Assembly: GCA_963715985.1 (NCBI GenBank)
Contig: CAVQSP010000009.1
Coordinates: 106,749-170,748 of the forward strand
DNA: 64,000 nt
Direction of reading: 5' to 3'
Source of the DNA: an uncultured Thermoleophilia bacterium
Lineage (GTDB): Bacteria > Actinomycetota > Thermoleophilia > UBA2241
Below the pieces are notes generated by a model. The model did no database searches. It saw only the letters and a list, made by a program, of their open reading frames with translations, and was not told the DNA's origin. This document shows, in pieces, positions 32,761 to 42,578 of this stretch (position 1 is the first letter of the stretch; each line of letters starts with the position of its first letter). The position numbers and the translations under genes were made by a program.

Positions 32761-34500
32761 ATGGCCAGCACCTGCCCGTCCTGCGGCCGCGCCAACGACG
32801 ACGACGCCCGCTACTGCGCCGGGTGCGGCGCGGAGCTCACGCGGCAGTGCTCGTCCTGCGGCGCGCCGCTGGCGGCCGGCGCCGTCTTCTGCCCCTCGTG
32901 CGGCGCGCTGGTCGGCAAGGCGACAGCGAGCGCCAAAGCCACCGACGAAAGAACGCCGGCAGGGGCGGACGAGACACGCGTAGAACCACGGCCCGCCGGC
33001 GCTCGCGCGGCTGCCGGGGCCGCCGCAGCAGTGCCGCCGTCCGGCGCGGCACCCGTGCCCGCCGAGGTCGGCCACGCGCGCCCGCCGGTCGTCCCGCCCG
33101 GCCCAGGCGGCCGAGTGGCGGGCGGACCTCCGCCCGGCCCGGCCGGACCCGCGCCCGGCCCAGGTGGCCCGCCGCCGCTCGTACCGCCGCCGCCCTCGAT
33201 CCTCGCCGGGAGCGGGGGGACGGCCGTGGCAGGCGCGTGCCGGTGTGGCTCATCGTCGTCATCATCGTGCTCGTCATCGCAGCCGCGGCCGCGGCGGCCA
33301 TCGTCTTCCTCGTGCCCGGCGAGAAGACCACCGTCGAGCCCTCGACCTCGCCCAGCGCGGTGGCCTCCGCCTCGCCGTCCGGCTCCGCGAGCGCCTCGCC
33401 TACACCGTCGCCGTCGACGTCCGCCGCCGCCGGCTTCCCGATGGCGGCCGCATCAGGCGCCAAGGCCAACATCCTGTCCACGGTGAGTGCGGACGGCACC
33501 GTCACCCTGCTCACCGAGACGCTGGGCGCACAGGTGTTCCAACTCCTGTGGTCTCCCGACGGCCGCCGGCTGGCCTGCGTCGCCGGCGACTGGAACGACT
33601 CCCGGCTCTGGCTGAGCGATGTCACCTCCGGGGACGTCACCGAGGTGGTCATCACCACGCCCGCCGTCGTTGCCGTGGACTCCGTCGCCTGGCTGAGCGC
33701 CACCGAGCTCCTCGTGGCCGGCTACACGGTGAAGCCCGCCTCCCAGGGCGAGGTGGCGGAGTTCCTCGTGTACGACGTCGAGGCCGAGGCCGTGCAAGGG
33801 CCGCTCGAGGACGGCGGCGGCACCGCCCTGCGCGGCGTCTCCGTGAGCGCCTCAGGCGACGGCGGCAGGATCGCCGTACGCCACCTACACCGACCAGAAG
33901 ACGAACAAGTACGGCATGGCCACAGCCACGGAGCGTCTCGAGCTCTTCGACCGCGCCTCGGGCGCCGTGACCGAATTGGGTTCCGACAAGGCGTTCTTCG
34001 AGGTCAACGCGCGCCGCTTCGACGACCCGCTCATCTCACCGGACGGCGAGGCGATCATCTACCGCGCGGCGGGCAGCGACGTGGGCACGAGCTACACCGT
34101 GGTGGACACCAACGGCTCGGTGCTCATGCCCACCAGGGAACTCACCTACCCGGCCGGGTACGCCTGGGACCCCACGGGCCAGAAGGTCGTGTTCACCGGC
34201 CATTCCATCCGCTGGAACGGGAGCGGCCAGGACCCCGTGGTGTTCTACGTCTTCGACCGCACTGTGGGCGGCAAGGCCAAGGCCATCACCCGCTACAAGA
34301 AGACCAACGTCCAGGACCTCTCCTGGTCGCCGGACGGTGCCACCATCGCCTTTGCCGAGTACGACCAGAAGAACTACGAGACGGGCAACATCTACCAGCT
34401 CAGCGCGAGCGGGGGTGACGCGCACCGTCTGGTGAGCGAGGCGCTGAGCCCGGCATACAGGCCGACGGGCGGGGGCGCCCAAGCGAGTCCGGCGCCGTGA
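32761..34500 (+). CDS. Double zinc-ribbon / Pro-rich / TM / TolB-like beta-propeller membrane protein (frameshifts ~33200 and ~33880)
   Basis: Four CxxCG motifs, a hydrophobic helix VWLIVVIIVLVIAAAAAAAIVFLV, WSPDG repeats. Confidence 0.75.
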
Positions 34501-34612
34501 GCCCGGGGGCGAGTCCGGCGCCGCGAGACCGCGGCGGGAGGCGGCGGCGGCCGCCCCTTGCGGGTCCTCTGCGAGAAACAAGACTGAAACTACCCGAAAT
34601 TGGTGATCGAGC

Positions 34613-34656
34613 TTGCCCGCTGTTCCTGCGGCCACTACACTGTGCAATGAAGCACA
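34613..34656 (+). promoter_or_regulatory. Sigma70-type promoter of the hdr-flx operon with an overlapping Rex-like operator
   Basis: TTGCCC-17nt-TACACT; TGTGC-AATGAA-GCACA (TGTG-N8-CACA) at 34641-34656. Confidence 0.65.
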
Positions 34657-34740
34657 AGCTCTGAAACTTCCCAGCGACACCGTTCAGAGGGCGACCGTTC
34701 GGGCGCCCGTTTGCGGCAGAAGGGCAGGTTCGTCAGCAGT

Positions 34741-35280
34741 ATGAGCGCACCTAACGGCACCCTTGTCTCCGAGATCCGCACGGCCACCGGCATCAACGCG
34801 GCCACCTGTTACCAGTGCGGCAAGTGCTCGGCCGGTTGTCCCATGGCGTCCGAGTCAGACCTGCGCCCGCACAACGTCATGCGTCTCGTCGTGCAGGACC
34901 GTCGCGAGCAGGCGCTCCACGACGAGTCCATCTGGCTCTGCCTCACCTGCGAGACGTGTTCCGCGCGCTGCCCCAACGCCTGCGACCCGGCGCGCGTCAT
35001 CGACCAGCTACGGGAGATGAGCATCGAGGCCGGCGCCGCCGACATGCCGCGCACCATCGGCGCCTTCCACAGAGCCTTCCTCGACCAGATCCGCAACAAC
35101 GGCCGTCTCCACGAGTTCGGCATGGTCATGGAGTACAAGCTGCGCAGCGGCGAACTCATGAAGGACGCCGCCAGCGCGCCGGCCATGATCCAGCGCGGCA
35201 AGCTCAGCTTTCGCGCCGAGCGCATCGAGGGCATGTCCGAGATCAAACGCATCTTCGCGATGTGCGGGGTGACCCCGTGA
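34741..35280 (+). CDS. hdrC: Heterodisulfide reductase-like subunit C
   Basis: CYQCGKCSAGCP and IWLCLTCETCSARCP. Confidence 0.92.
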   Translation: MSAPNGTLVSEIRTATGINAATCYQCGKCSAGCPMASESDLRPHNVMRLVVQDRREQALHDESIWLCLTCETCSARCPNACDPARVIDQLREMSIEAGAADMPRTIGAFHRAFLDQIRNNGRLHEFGMVMEYKLRSGELMKDAASAPAMIQRGKLSFRAERIEGMSEIKRIFAMCGVTP

Positions 35281-36389
35281 ATGGCCTCCGTAGTCAAACT
35301 ATCGAGCGGGGCACCGAAGGAGCACCTCTCCGCGCTGCAAGCGCCACGGTGCGCGCCGCCAACGACTACGCCTACTACCCCGGCTGCTCCCTGCACGGCA
35401 CCTCGCGCGAGTTCGACGAAAGCCTGCGCGCCGTGGCCGCCGAACTGAGGGTGGGCCTCACCGAGGTCACGGACTGGTCCTGCTGCGGCGCCAGCAGCGG
35501 GCACACCACCGACCACCTCCTCGGCGTGGCGCTGCCCGCCCGCAACCTGGCGCTGGCCGAGTCTCAGGGCTTCTCCTCCGTGCTCGCGCCCTGCGCCGCC
35601 TGCTACAACCGCCTCTCCGCGGCGCGTCTGGCCGTCGCTGAGGAAGAAGGACTGGCGGAGCGCATCCCCGACATCCTCGGGCGCCCCTTCGCCAACACGG
35701 TGGAGGTACACAACGCCGTCGAGCTCCTGCGCGACGCCGCCTCGGACATCGAGGAGAAGCTCGCCGCCGCCCTGACCACCAGGCCCAACCCCATGGAGGG
35801 CGTCAAGCTGGCCAGCTACTACGGCTGCCTGCTCGTCCGCCCCTTCGAGGTCTGCGGCTACGACGACCCGGAGCAGCCCACGTCCATGGACGACGTGGTG
35901 CGCGCCTGCGGCGCCGAGCCTGTGGACTGGGACATGAAGGTCGAGTGCTGCGGCGGCTCCTTCAGCGTCAGCCGTACCGCCTCGGTGCTTCGCCTCGGAC
36001 GCTCCATCATCGAGAACGCCCGCGCCCACGGCGCCGAGGCCATCGTGGTGGCGTGCCCGCTGTGCCACTCCAACCTCGACCTGCGCCAGAAGGCGGCGGT
36101 CGACCGCGGCGCTGCGCCCATGCCCATCCTGTTCATCACGCAGGTCGCAGGCCTCGCGCTGCGGCTCTCGCCGGTGGAGCTCGGCCTCACCCGCCACTTC
36201 GTGGACACCGAGCCCTTCCTGGCCGATCTGCTCGCCCGCGCCAACGTGCGCGTGGAAGAGGAGAAGAAGCTGCAGGCCGAGGCGGCCGCCAAGGCGGCCG
36301 CCCGCGCCGAGAAGCAGAAGGTCGCCGCTGCCGCCGCCGGGACCGGCGTGCGCGTCGAGCGATGCCCCCGAGCCGGCGGAAGGTGGTGA
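35277..36389 (+). CDS. hdrB: Heterodisulfide reductase-like subunit B
   Basis: YYPGC, DWSCCG, CAACY, YYGC, ECCGG, ACPLCHSNLD (CCG domains). Confidence 0.92.
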   Translation: MNGLRSQTIERGTEGAPLRAASATVRAANDYAYYPGCSLHGTSREFDESLRAVAAELRVGLTEVTDWSCCGASSGHTTDHLLGVALPARNLALAESQGFSSVLAPCAACYNRLSAARLAVAEEEGLAERIPDILGRPFANTVEVHNAVELLRDAASDIEEKLAAALTTRPNPMEGVKLASYYGCLLVRPFEVCGYDDPEQPTSMDDVVRACGAEPVDWDMKVECCGGSFSVSRTASVLRLGRSIIENARAHGAEAIVVACPLCHSNLDLRQKAAVDRGAAPMPILFITQVAGLALRLSPVELGLTRHFVDTEPFLADLLARANVRVEEEKKLQAEAAAKAAARAEKQKVAAAAAGTGVRVERCPRAGGRW

Positions 36390-36395
36390 GGCTCA

Positions 36396-38423
36396 GTGAG
36401 CCGCATCGGCGTCTTCGTCTGTCACTGCGGCGAGAACATCGCCCGCACCGTCGACTGCGCCGCGGTCGCGGAGGCCCTCAAGGACCACCCCGGCGTGGCC
36501 CACGCCGAGGACTACAAGTACATGTGCTCGGACCCGGGCCAGGCCCTCGTCAAGAAGGCCATCGAGGAGAACCACCTCACCGGCGTCGTCATCGCCGCGT
36601 GCTCGCCGCACATGCATGAGAAGACCTTCCGCCGCGCCTGCGACCAGGCGGGGCTCAACAAGTTCATGTGCGAGATGGCCAACGTCCGCGAGCACTGCTC
36701 GTGGATCCACGAGGACCGTGGCGAAGCCACGGCCAAGGCCATCGACATCGGCCGCACCATCATCGAGAAGGTCAAGCACAACAAGCCGCTCGAGGTCATC
36801 AAGATCCCCGTCACCAAGCGCGCCATGGTCATCGGCGGCGGCATCGCCGGCATCCAGGCGGCGCTGGACATCGCCGACGGCGGCCACGAGGTCATCATCG
36901 TGGAGAAGGAGGCGTCGATCGGCGGCCATATGAGCCAGCTGAGCGAGACCTTCCCCACCCTGGACTGCTCCCAGTGCATCCTCACCCCGCGCATGGTGGA
37001 GGCGTACCAGCACCCCAACATCAAGCTGTACACCTGGAGCGAGGTCGAGAAGGTCGACGGCTACATCGGCAACTTCGAGGTCACGGTGCGCAAGAAGGCG
37101 CGCAGCGTCAACGAGGACCTCTGCAACGGCTGCGGCGACTGCTTCGGGGTCTGCCCGTCCAAGAAGATCCCCAGCGAGTTCGAGGCCGGGCTGGGCAAGC
37201 GCACCGCCATCTACGTGCCCTTCCCGCAGGCCGTGCCCAACATCCCCGTGCTGGACCGCGAGAACTGCACCCTCTTCAAGGGCCGCCGCAAGGGCCTCAA
37301 GAAGGAGGCCTGCGGCAACTGCAAAGAGGCGTGCCTCAAAGGCGCCATCGACTACGACACCGAGGACACCTTCGTGACCGAGCAGATCGGGGCCATCGTG
37401 GTCGCGACCGGCTACAAGCTCTACGACATCGGTCGCGACCAGCCCGAGGGCCTCAAGGGCTACGGCGAGTACGGGTACGGCGAGGTGCCGGACGTCATCG
37501 ACGGCCTGCAGTTCGAGCGCCTGGCCTCGGCCAGCGGGCCGACGGCGGGCGCCATCCTCAGGCCGTCCGACGGCACGGAGCCCAAGACGGTGGTCTTCGT
37601 CCATTGCGTGGGCTCCCGCGACCCGGAGAAGGGCATGGAGTACTGCAGCAAGATCTGCTGCATGTACAACGCCAAGCACGCCATGCTCTACAAGCACAAG
37701 GTGCACGACGGCCGCGCCGTGGCCTTCTACATGGACATCCGCGCCAACGGCAAGGGCTACGACGAGTTCAGTCGGCGCGCCATCGAGGAGGACGGCGCCG
37801 AGTACGTCCGCGGCCGCGTGAGCCGCATCTTCCGCGACGGCGACAAGGTCAAGGTGTGGGGCTACGACACCCTGGCCGGCGAGCAGGTCGTCATCGACGC
37901 CGACATGGTCGTGCTGGCCACCGCCATGCGCCCCAACGACGGCGTGCGCGAGCTCGCCCAGAAGCTCAGCGTGAGCGTCGACGCGCATGGCTTCATCAAC
38001 GAGGCGCACCCCAAGCTGCGCCCCGTGGAGACCAACACCGCCGGGGTCTTCGTGGCCGGCGCCTGCCAGTCGCCGCGCGACATCCCGGACGCGGTGGCCA
38101 TGGCGAGCGCCACCAGCGCCAAGGTGCTGGGCCTCTTCAGCGCCGACGAGCTCGAGCGCGAGCCCGCCGTGGCCGTCGTCAGCGAGCAGACCTGCATCGG
38201 TTGCATGCGCTGCGCCCTCGTGTGCCCCTACGGCGCCATCGAGCAGCGCGACATCTGCACCGTGGACGGCCAGGTGTGCGGCCACACCGCCTACGTGAAC
38301 CCGGGCGTGTGTCAGGGCTGCGGCACCTGCGAGGCGGTGTGCCTGAGCAACAGCGTCGAGCTGCAGACGTTCACCGACGAGCAGGTCTACAGCGAGATCA
38401 ACGCGCTCTGCGCGTGGGAGTGA
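36396..38423 (+). CDS. hdrA: Heterodisulfide reductase subunit A
   Basis: IGVFVCHCG, NVREHCSW, VIGGGIAG, TFPTLDCSQCIL, CVGSRD, YCSKICC, ferredoxin motifs. Confidence 0.96.
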   Translation: MSRIGVFVCHCGENIARTVDCAAVAEALKDHPGVAHAEDYKYMCSDPGQALVKKAIEENHLTGVVIAACSPHMHEKTFRRACDQAGLNKFMCEMANVREHCSWIHEDRGEATAKAIDIGRTIIEKVKHNKPLEVIKIPVTKRAMVIGGGIAGIQAALDIADGGHEVIIVEKEASIGGHMSQLSETFPTLDCSQCILTPRMVEAYQHPNIKLYTWSEVEKVDGYIGNFEVTVRKKARSVNEDLCNGCGDCFGVCPSKKIPSEFEAGLGKRTAIYVPFPQAVPNIPVLDRENCTLFKGRRKGLKKEACGNCKEACLKGAIDYDTEDTFVTEQIGAIVVATGYKLYDIGRDQPEGLKGYGEYGYGEVPDVIDGLQFERLASASGPTAGAILRPSDGTEPKTVVFVHCVGSRDPEKGMEYCSKICCMYNAKHAMLYKHKVHDGRAVAFYMDIRANGKGYDEFSRRAIEEDGAEYVRGRVSRIFRDGDKVKVWGYDTLAGEQVVIDADMVVLATAMRPNDGVRELAQKLSVSVDAHGFINEAHPKLRPVETNTAGVFVAGACQSPRDIPDAVAMASATSAKVLGLFSADELEREPAVAVVSEQTCIGCMRCALVCPYGAIEQRDICTVDGQVCGHTAYVNPGVCQGCGTCEAVCLSNSVELQTFTDEQVYSEINALCAWE

Positions 38424-38430
38424 GAGAACC

Positions 38431-38931
38431 GTGAGCGACACACACGCCGACTTCGAGCCCCGCATCACGGCCTTCGTCTGCAACTGGTGCACCTACACCG
38501 GCGCCGACCTGGCCGGCACGAGCCGCCTGCACATGGCGAGCAACGTGCGCCTCATCCGCCTGCCCTGCACCGGACGCATCGACCCCCTCTTCATCATCAA
38601 GGCGTTCGAGCGCGGCGCCGACGGCGTCATCGTCAGCGGCTGCCATCCCGCCGACTGCCACTACACCTCGGGCAACTACCACGCGCGGCGCCGCTTCGCG
38701 GTGTTCCACGACTTCCTCGAGTTCATCGGCGTCGACCCCCGCCGCATCACCTTCAGCTGGGTGTCCGCCAGCGAGGGCGCCAAGTGGCGCGACGTGGTGG
38801 ACGAGACCGTCGCCAACGTCGTGGCATTGGGCCCGTACGACGAGTACAGGGCGCTGGCGCCGGAGGCCGTCGAGCCGTGGCCCGGCGCTTTGCAGCCGGA
38901 GCCGGCCGTGGCCGCAGGGGAGGCCTCATGA
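38431..38931 (+). CDS. flxD: MvhD/FlxD [2Fe-2S] subunit
   Basis: FVCNWCTYTGADLAG, PCTGR, GCHPADCHY, WVSASEG. Confidence 0.9.
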   Translation: MSDTHADFEPRITAFVCNWCTYTGADLAGTSRLHMASNVRLIRLPCTGRIDPLFIIKAFERGADGVIVSGCHPADCHYTSGNYHARRRFAVFHDFLEFIGVDPRRITFSWVSASEGAKWRDVVDETVANVVALGPYDEYRALAPEAVEPWPGALQPEPAVAAGEAS

Positions 38932-39860
38932 GCGACGCGACCACCGCCACCATGGCCGAGGCCCCCGTGTACACCGGCGTGGACGACCTGCGCCGCATCG
39001 CCCGCGAGCTGCTCGAGGCCGGCGACGTGCGCGTCATCATCGGCTGGGAGCACGCACGCCGCGGCGCGCGGCCGGTGTTCATCGCCGACCCGGCCGAGGC
39101 CGACAAGCTCATCTTCGACACGCGCTGCGTGCACAACCTCGTCACCTACCTCAACCCGCGCCGCGACCACGTCACGGAGCTGGGCAAGATCGGGCTCGTC
39201 GTCAAGGGCTGCGACGTGAAGGCGGTCGCGGGCCTGCTGCGCGAGCAGCAGATCGACCGCGACCACGTCGTGCTCATCGGGGTCAAGTGCGGCGGCGTGC
39301 TCGAGGAGAACGAGCTGCCCGCCGCCGTCGCCCTCTCGCCCGAGAACGTGGCGCCGCGGTGCTACGGCTGCGACAACCGCGAGCCCACCCTGGTCGATCA
39401 CCTGGTGGGCGAGTCGCAGCCCGAGCCGCCGCGCCCGGTCATGACCATCGACGAGCGCGTCGCCATCCTCGACGAGAAGCCCCTCGAGGAGCGCTGGGCC
39501 TTCTGGACCGAGCAGTTCAGCAAGTGCGTGCGCTGCTACGCCTGCCGCCAGGTGTGCCCCCTCTGCATCTGTGAGCGCTGCATCGTCGAGAAGACGCAGC
39601 CGCAGTGGATAGAGCCGTCGGCGCACCCCCGCGGCAACATGAGCTGGAACATCACCCGCGCCGTCCACCTGGCCGGCCGCTGCGTCGATTGCGGCGAGTG
39701 CGAGCGCTTCTGCCCGGTGGGCATCCCGCTCAGTCTCGTCAACCGCAAGCTGCAGCAGATCGTCCACGACCGCTACGACTACGTCGTGGCCGAGGACCCG
39801 GAGAAGCCGGCGCCCATCGGCGACTATCGTCTCGACGACCAGCAGGAGTTCATCAAGTGA
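38928..39860 (+). CDS. flxC: FlxC-like 4Fe-4S protein
   Basis: KGCD, CVRCYACRQVCPLCIC, HLAGRCVDCGECERFCP; position in the operon. Confidence 0.8.
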   Translation: MSDATTATMAEAPVYTGVDDLRRIARELLEAGDVRVIIGWEHARRGARPVFIADPAEADKLIFDTRCVHNLVTYLNPRRDHVTELGKIGLVVKGCDVKAVAGLLREQQIDRDHVVLIGVKCGGVLEENELPAAVALSPENVAPRCYGCDNREPTLVDHLVGESQPEPPRPVMTIDERVAILDEKPLEERWAFWTEQFSKCVRCYACRQVCPLCICERCIVEKTQPQWIEPSAHPRGNMSWNITRAVHLAGRCVDCGECERFCPVGIPLSLVNRKLQQIVHDRYDYVVAEDPEKPAPIGDYRLDDQQEFIK

Positions 39861-40987
39861 GCGATCGCTACTTCATCAGCACCGAAGACCTGCGTGGCCT
39901 CGCCGGCGACCTGATCGCCGCAGGCACCGAAGTGATCGCGCCCGTCGCCGTCGACATCTGCCAGTCGCCGGCCGCCTTCGCCGCCTCCGCGTGCAGGCTG
40001 CCGGGCACGACGGCCGTCGACGTCGACTACCGCATGCTCGGCGACGCGGCCGAGCTGGACCTCAGCCGCGGCCTCCCGGAGCTCTCGCTCAAGGGCTACT
40101 TCCTGCCCGAGCACGAGGCGCTCTGCCGCTGGAGGCAGAAGGGCACCACCGTCGAGGTCCAGGAGGTGCCCACCGAGTTCGCTCCGCGGGTCGTGCTCGC
40201 GGCCAAGCCCTGCGACGCCGCCGCCCTGGTCGTGGTCGACCAGGTCATGAACTGGGACTACGAGGACGAGCTGTGGAACGGCCGCCGCGCGGCCACCACC
40301 GTCATCAACCTCTCCTGCCCGGTCATCGACGACAGCTGTTTCTGCACCGCGGTCGGCGCCGCTCCCGACGACACCAAGGGCGCCGACGGCCTGCTCACGC
40401 AAGTCGAGGGCGGCTACGTCCTCGAGGTCACCACCGACAAGGGGCGCGCCCTGGCCGAGGCCCACAAGGCGCGCCTCAGCACGGACGTCCCCGCCGACAC
40501 CCTCGGGCGGCAGGCCGACGACGAGCGCTCCGCGGCTCGCGCTCGCGTGGCCGCCAACCTCGAGATCGACGCCGGCTCCGTGCGCGACTGGATCGCCACC
40601 CACTTCGAAGATCCGCTGCTGGCCATGCTCGCCGTCCGCTGCAACGGCTGCGGCGCCTGCACCAGCGTGTGCCCCACCTGCCACTGCTTCGACATCGTCG
40701 ATGAAGAAGAGGGCGTCGGCCGCGGCACCCGGCGTCGCTGCTGGGACACCTGCCAGGCGCCCACGTTCACGCTGCACGCCAGCGGCCACAACCCGCGCGA
40801 CAACCAGCACGTGCGGTACCGGCAGCGCATCAACCACAAGTTCTCCATCTACCCGCTCAAGTTCGGCGAGGTCCTCTGCACCGGCTGCGGGCGCTGCACG
40901 CGCGTGTGCCACGCCGGCCAGGACCTCGTGGAGATCCTTGCGCACATCGACATCGCGGCGCGACGGCCCGCGGAGGCGGCATCATGA
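39857..40987 (+). CDS. flxB: FlxB / AsrA-like 4Fe-4S protein
   Basis: KPCD, SCFC, CNGCGACTSVCPTCHCF, RCWDTC, CTGCGRC. Confidence 0.82.
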   Translation: MSDRYFISTEDLRGLAGDLIAAGTEVIAPVAVDICQSPAAFAASACRLPGTTAVDVDYRMLGDAAELDLSRGLPELSLKGYFLPEHEALCRWRQKGTTVEVQEVPTEFAPRVVLAAKPCDAAALVVVDQVMNWDYEDELWNGRRAATTVINLSCPVIDDSCFCTAVGAAPDDTKGADGLLTQVEGGYVLEVTTDKGRALAEAHKARLSTDVPADTLGRQADDERSAARARVAANLEIDAGSVRDWIATHFEDPLLAMLAVRCNGCGACTSVCPTCHCFDIVDEEEGVGRGTRRRCWDTCQAPTFTLHASGHNPRDNQHVRYRQRINHKFSIYPLKFGEVLCTGCGRCTRVCHAGQDLVEILAHIDIAARRPAEAAS

Positions 40988-41815
40988 ACATCTACCAGCC
41001 GCAGCTCGCCACCGTCACCGAGCTGATCGACGAGACTCCCGACACGCGCACCCTGCGCCTGGAGTTCCAGGACGAGGCGCTGCGCTCGTCCTTCGAGTTC
41101 AAGGCCGGCCAGTTCGGCGAGTACAGCATCTTCGGCGCCGGCGAGAGTACGTTCTGCATCGCCAGCTCACCCACGCGCGAGGGCTACATCGAGTGCAGCT
41201 TCAAGGCCGTGGGCAAGGTCACCTCGGCCCTGCGCGAGGCCAATATCGGCGACATCGTGGGCTTCCGCGGCCCGTACGGCAACTGGTTCCCGGTGGACGA
41301 CTGGAAGGGCAAGGACGTGGTCTTCGTGGCCGGCGGCATCGGCCTCGCCGCCGGTGCGCTGCGTCATCTGGAACGTGCTCGATCGCCGCGACGAGTTCGG
41401 CGACGTCACCATCGTCTACGGCGCGCGCAGCGTGAGTGACCTCGTGTACAAGCGCGAGCTGGAGGAGTGGGGCTCGCGCACCGACGTCAAGATGGTCACC
41501 ACCGTCGACCCCGGCGGCCAGACCGAGGACTGGACCGGCGATGTGGGCTACGTCACGCCGGTCGTCGAGAAGACGGCGCCCAAGGCCGACAACGCGGTCG
41601 CCGTGCTCTGCGGCCCGCCCATCGTGGTCAAGCTCACGCTGCCGGTGCTGGAGCAGCTCGGCTTCGCCGAGGACGCCATCTTCACCACGCTCGAGAACCG
41701 CATGAAGTGCGGGATCGGCAAGTGCGGCCGCTGCAACATCGGGCCCGTGTACGTGTGCAAGGACGGGCCGGTCTTCACCGCCGCACAGATGAAAGAGCTG
41801 CCGCCGGAGTTCTGA
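40984..41815 (+). CDS. flxA: FlxA / AsrB-PyrK-like FAD/NAD-binding subunit (frameshift ~41350)
   Basis: AGQF, RGPYGN, AGGIGL, CGPP, LENRMKCGIGKCGRC. Confidence 0.85.
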
Positions 41816-41863
41816 TCGGGCCGGCCCTCGTCACTCTGGCCGGCCACGCCGCAGCCGGACCCG

Positions 41864-42445
41864 ATGCTGCCGCCTGAGCTCACGACCGAGCGGCTCGTCC
41901 TCGACGGCCTCAGCGCCCGCGACGCGGACGCGTTCTCCGCCTACCGTGCGCTGCCCGAGGTGTGCCGCTTCCAGAGCTTCGCGCCCGCGGACGCGGAGGA
42001 CGCGGCGCGTTTCATCGCGTCGGTCGAGCGGGCGGCCTGGGACGTCCCGGGGACGTGGGCGCAGCTCGCGGTCCGCGACCGTGGCTCGCACACGCTCGTC
42101 GGCGACCTCGGCGTGCACTTCGTCGACGAGGAGCAGGTCGAGATCGGCTTCACCGTCGCTCCGGCGTTCCAGCGGACCGGCCTCGGAACAGAGGCCGTCC
42201 GGGCGCTCCTCGACCACCTGTTCCTGGTGATGGGCAAGCATCGCGTCGTCGCCTCCGTGGACCCCCGCAACAAGGCGTCGGTCGCGCTGCTCGAACGGAT
42301 CGGGATGCGCCGGGAGGCGCACTTTCGCGAGAGCCTGCGCTTCAAGGGGGAGTGGGCCGACGACCTCGTGTTCGCGGTGCTCGCTGGGGAGTGGCCGCGC
42401 AGCGCCGGCAGGAGCGCCGGCAGGGACCGCGGCCTCTCCGGTTGA
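41864..42445 (+). CDS. GNAT acetyltransferase (RimJ/RimL family)
   Basis: LTTERL, EIGFTV, QRTGLGTEA, NKASVALLERIGM. Confidence 0.88.
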   Translation: MLPPELTTERLVLDGLSARDADAFSAYRALPEVCRFQSFAPADAEDAARFIASVERAAWDVPGTWAQLAVRDRGSHTLVGDLGVHFVDEEQVEIGFTVAPAFQRTGLGTEAVRALLDHLFLVMGKHRVVASVDPRNKASVALLERIGMRREAHFRESLRFKGEWADDLVFAVLAGEWPRSAGRSAGRDRGLSG

Positions 42446-42578
42446 CGCAGCCGTGACCTCCCATCACCGTTGGGGCGTGAACGGACGACCTGGGGCGGAA
42501 GAAGGCGTAGCCGGCCGCGATACGCAGTCTCGCAGCAGGCGGCGCCGCGGCGATGAGGGCCACGCGCGGAGGCGGAGT

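Noticed and set aside
34483-34523. 15-nt direct repeat GCGAGTCCGGCGCCG at the end of the zinc-ribbon gene
   Set aside because: A short local duplication with no enclosed element or evident function.
34741-41815. Selenocysteine (in-frame TGA) in HdrA or MvhD/FlxD
   Set aside because: The ORFs are uninterrupted and have Cys at the ligand positions.
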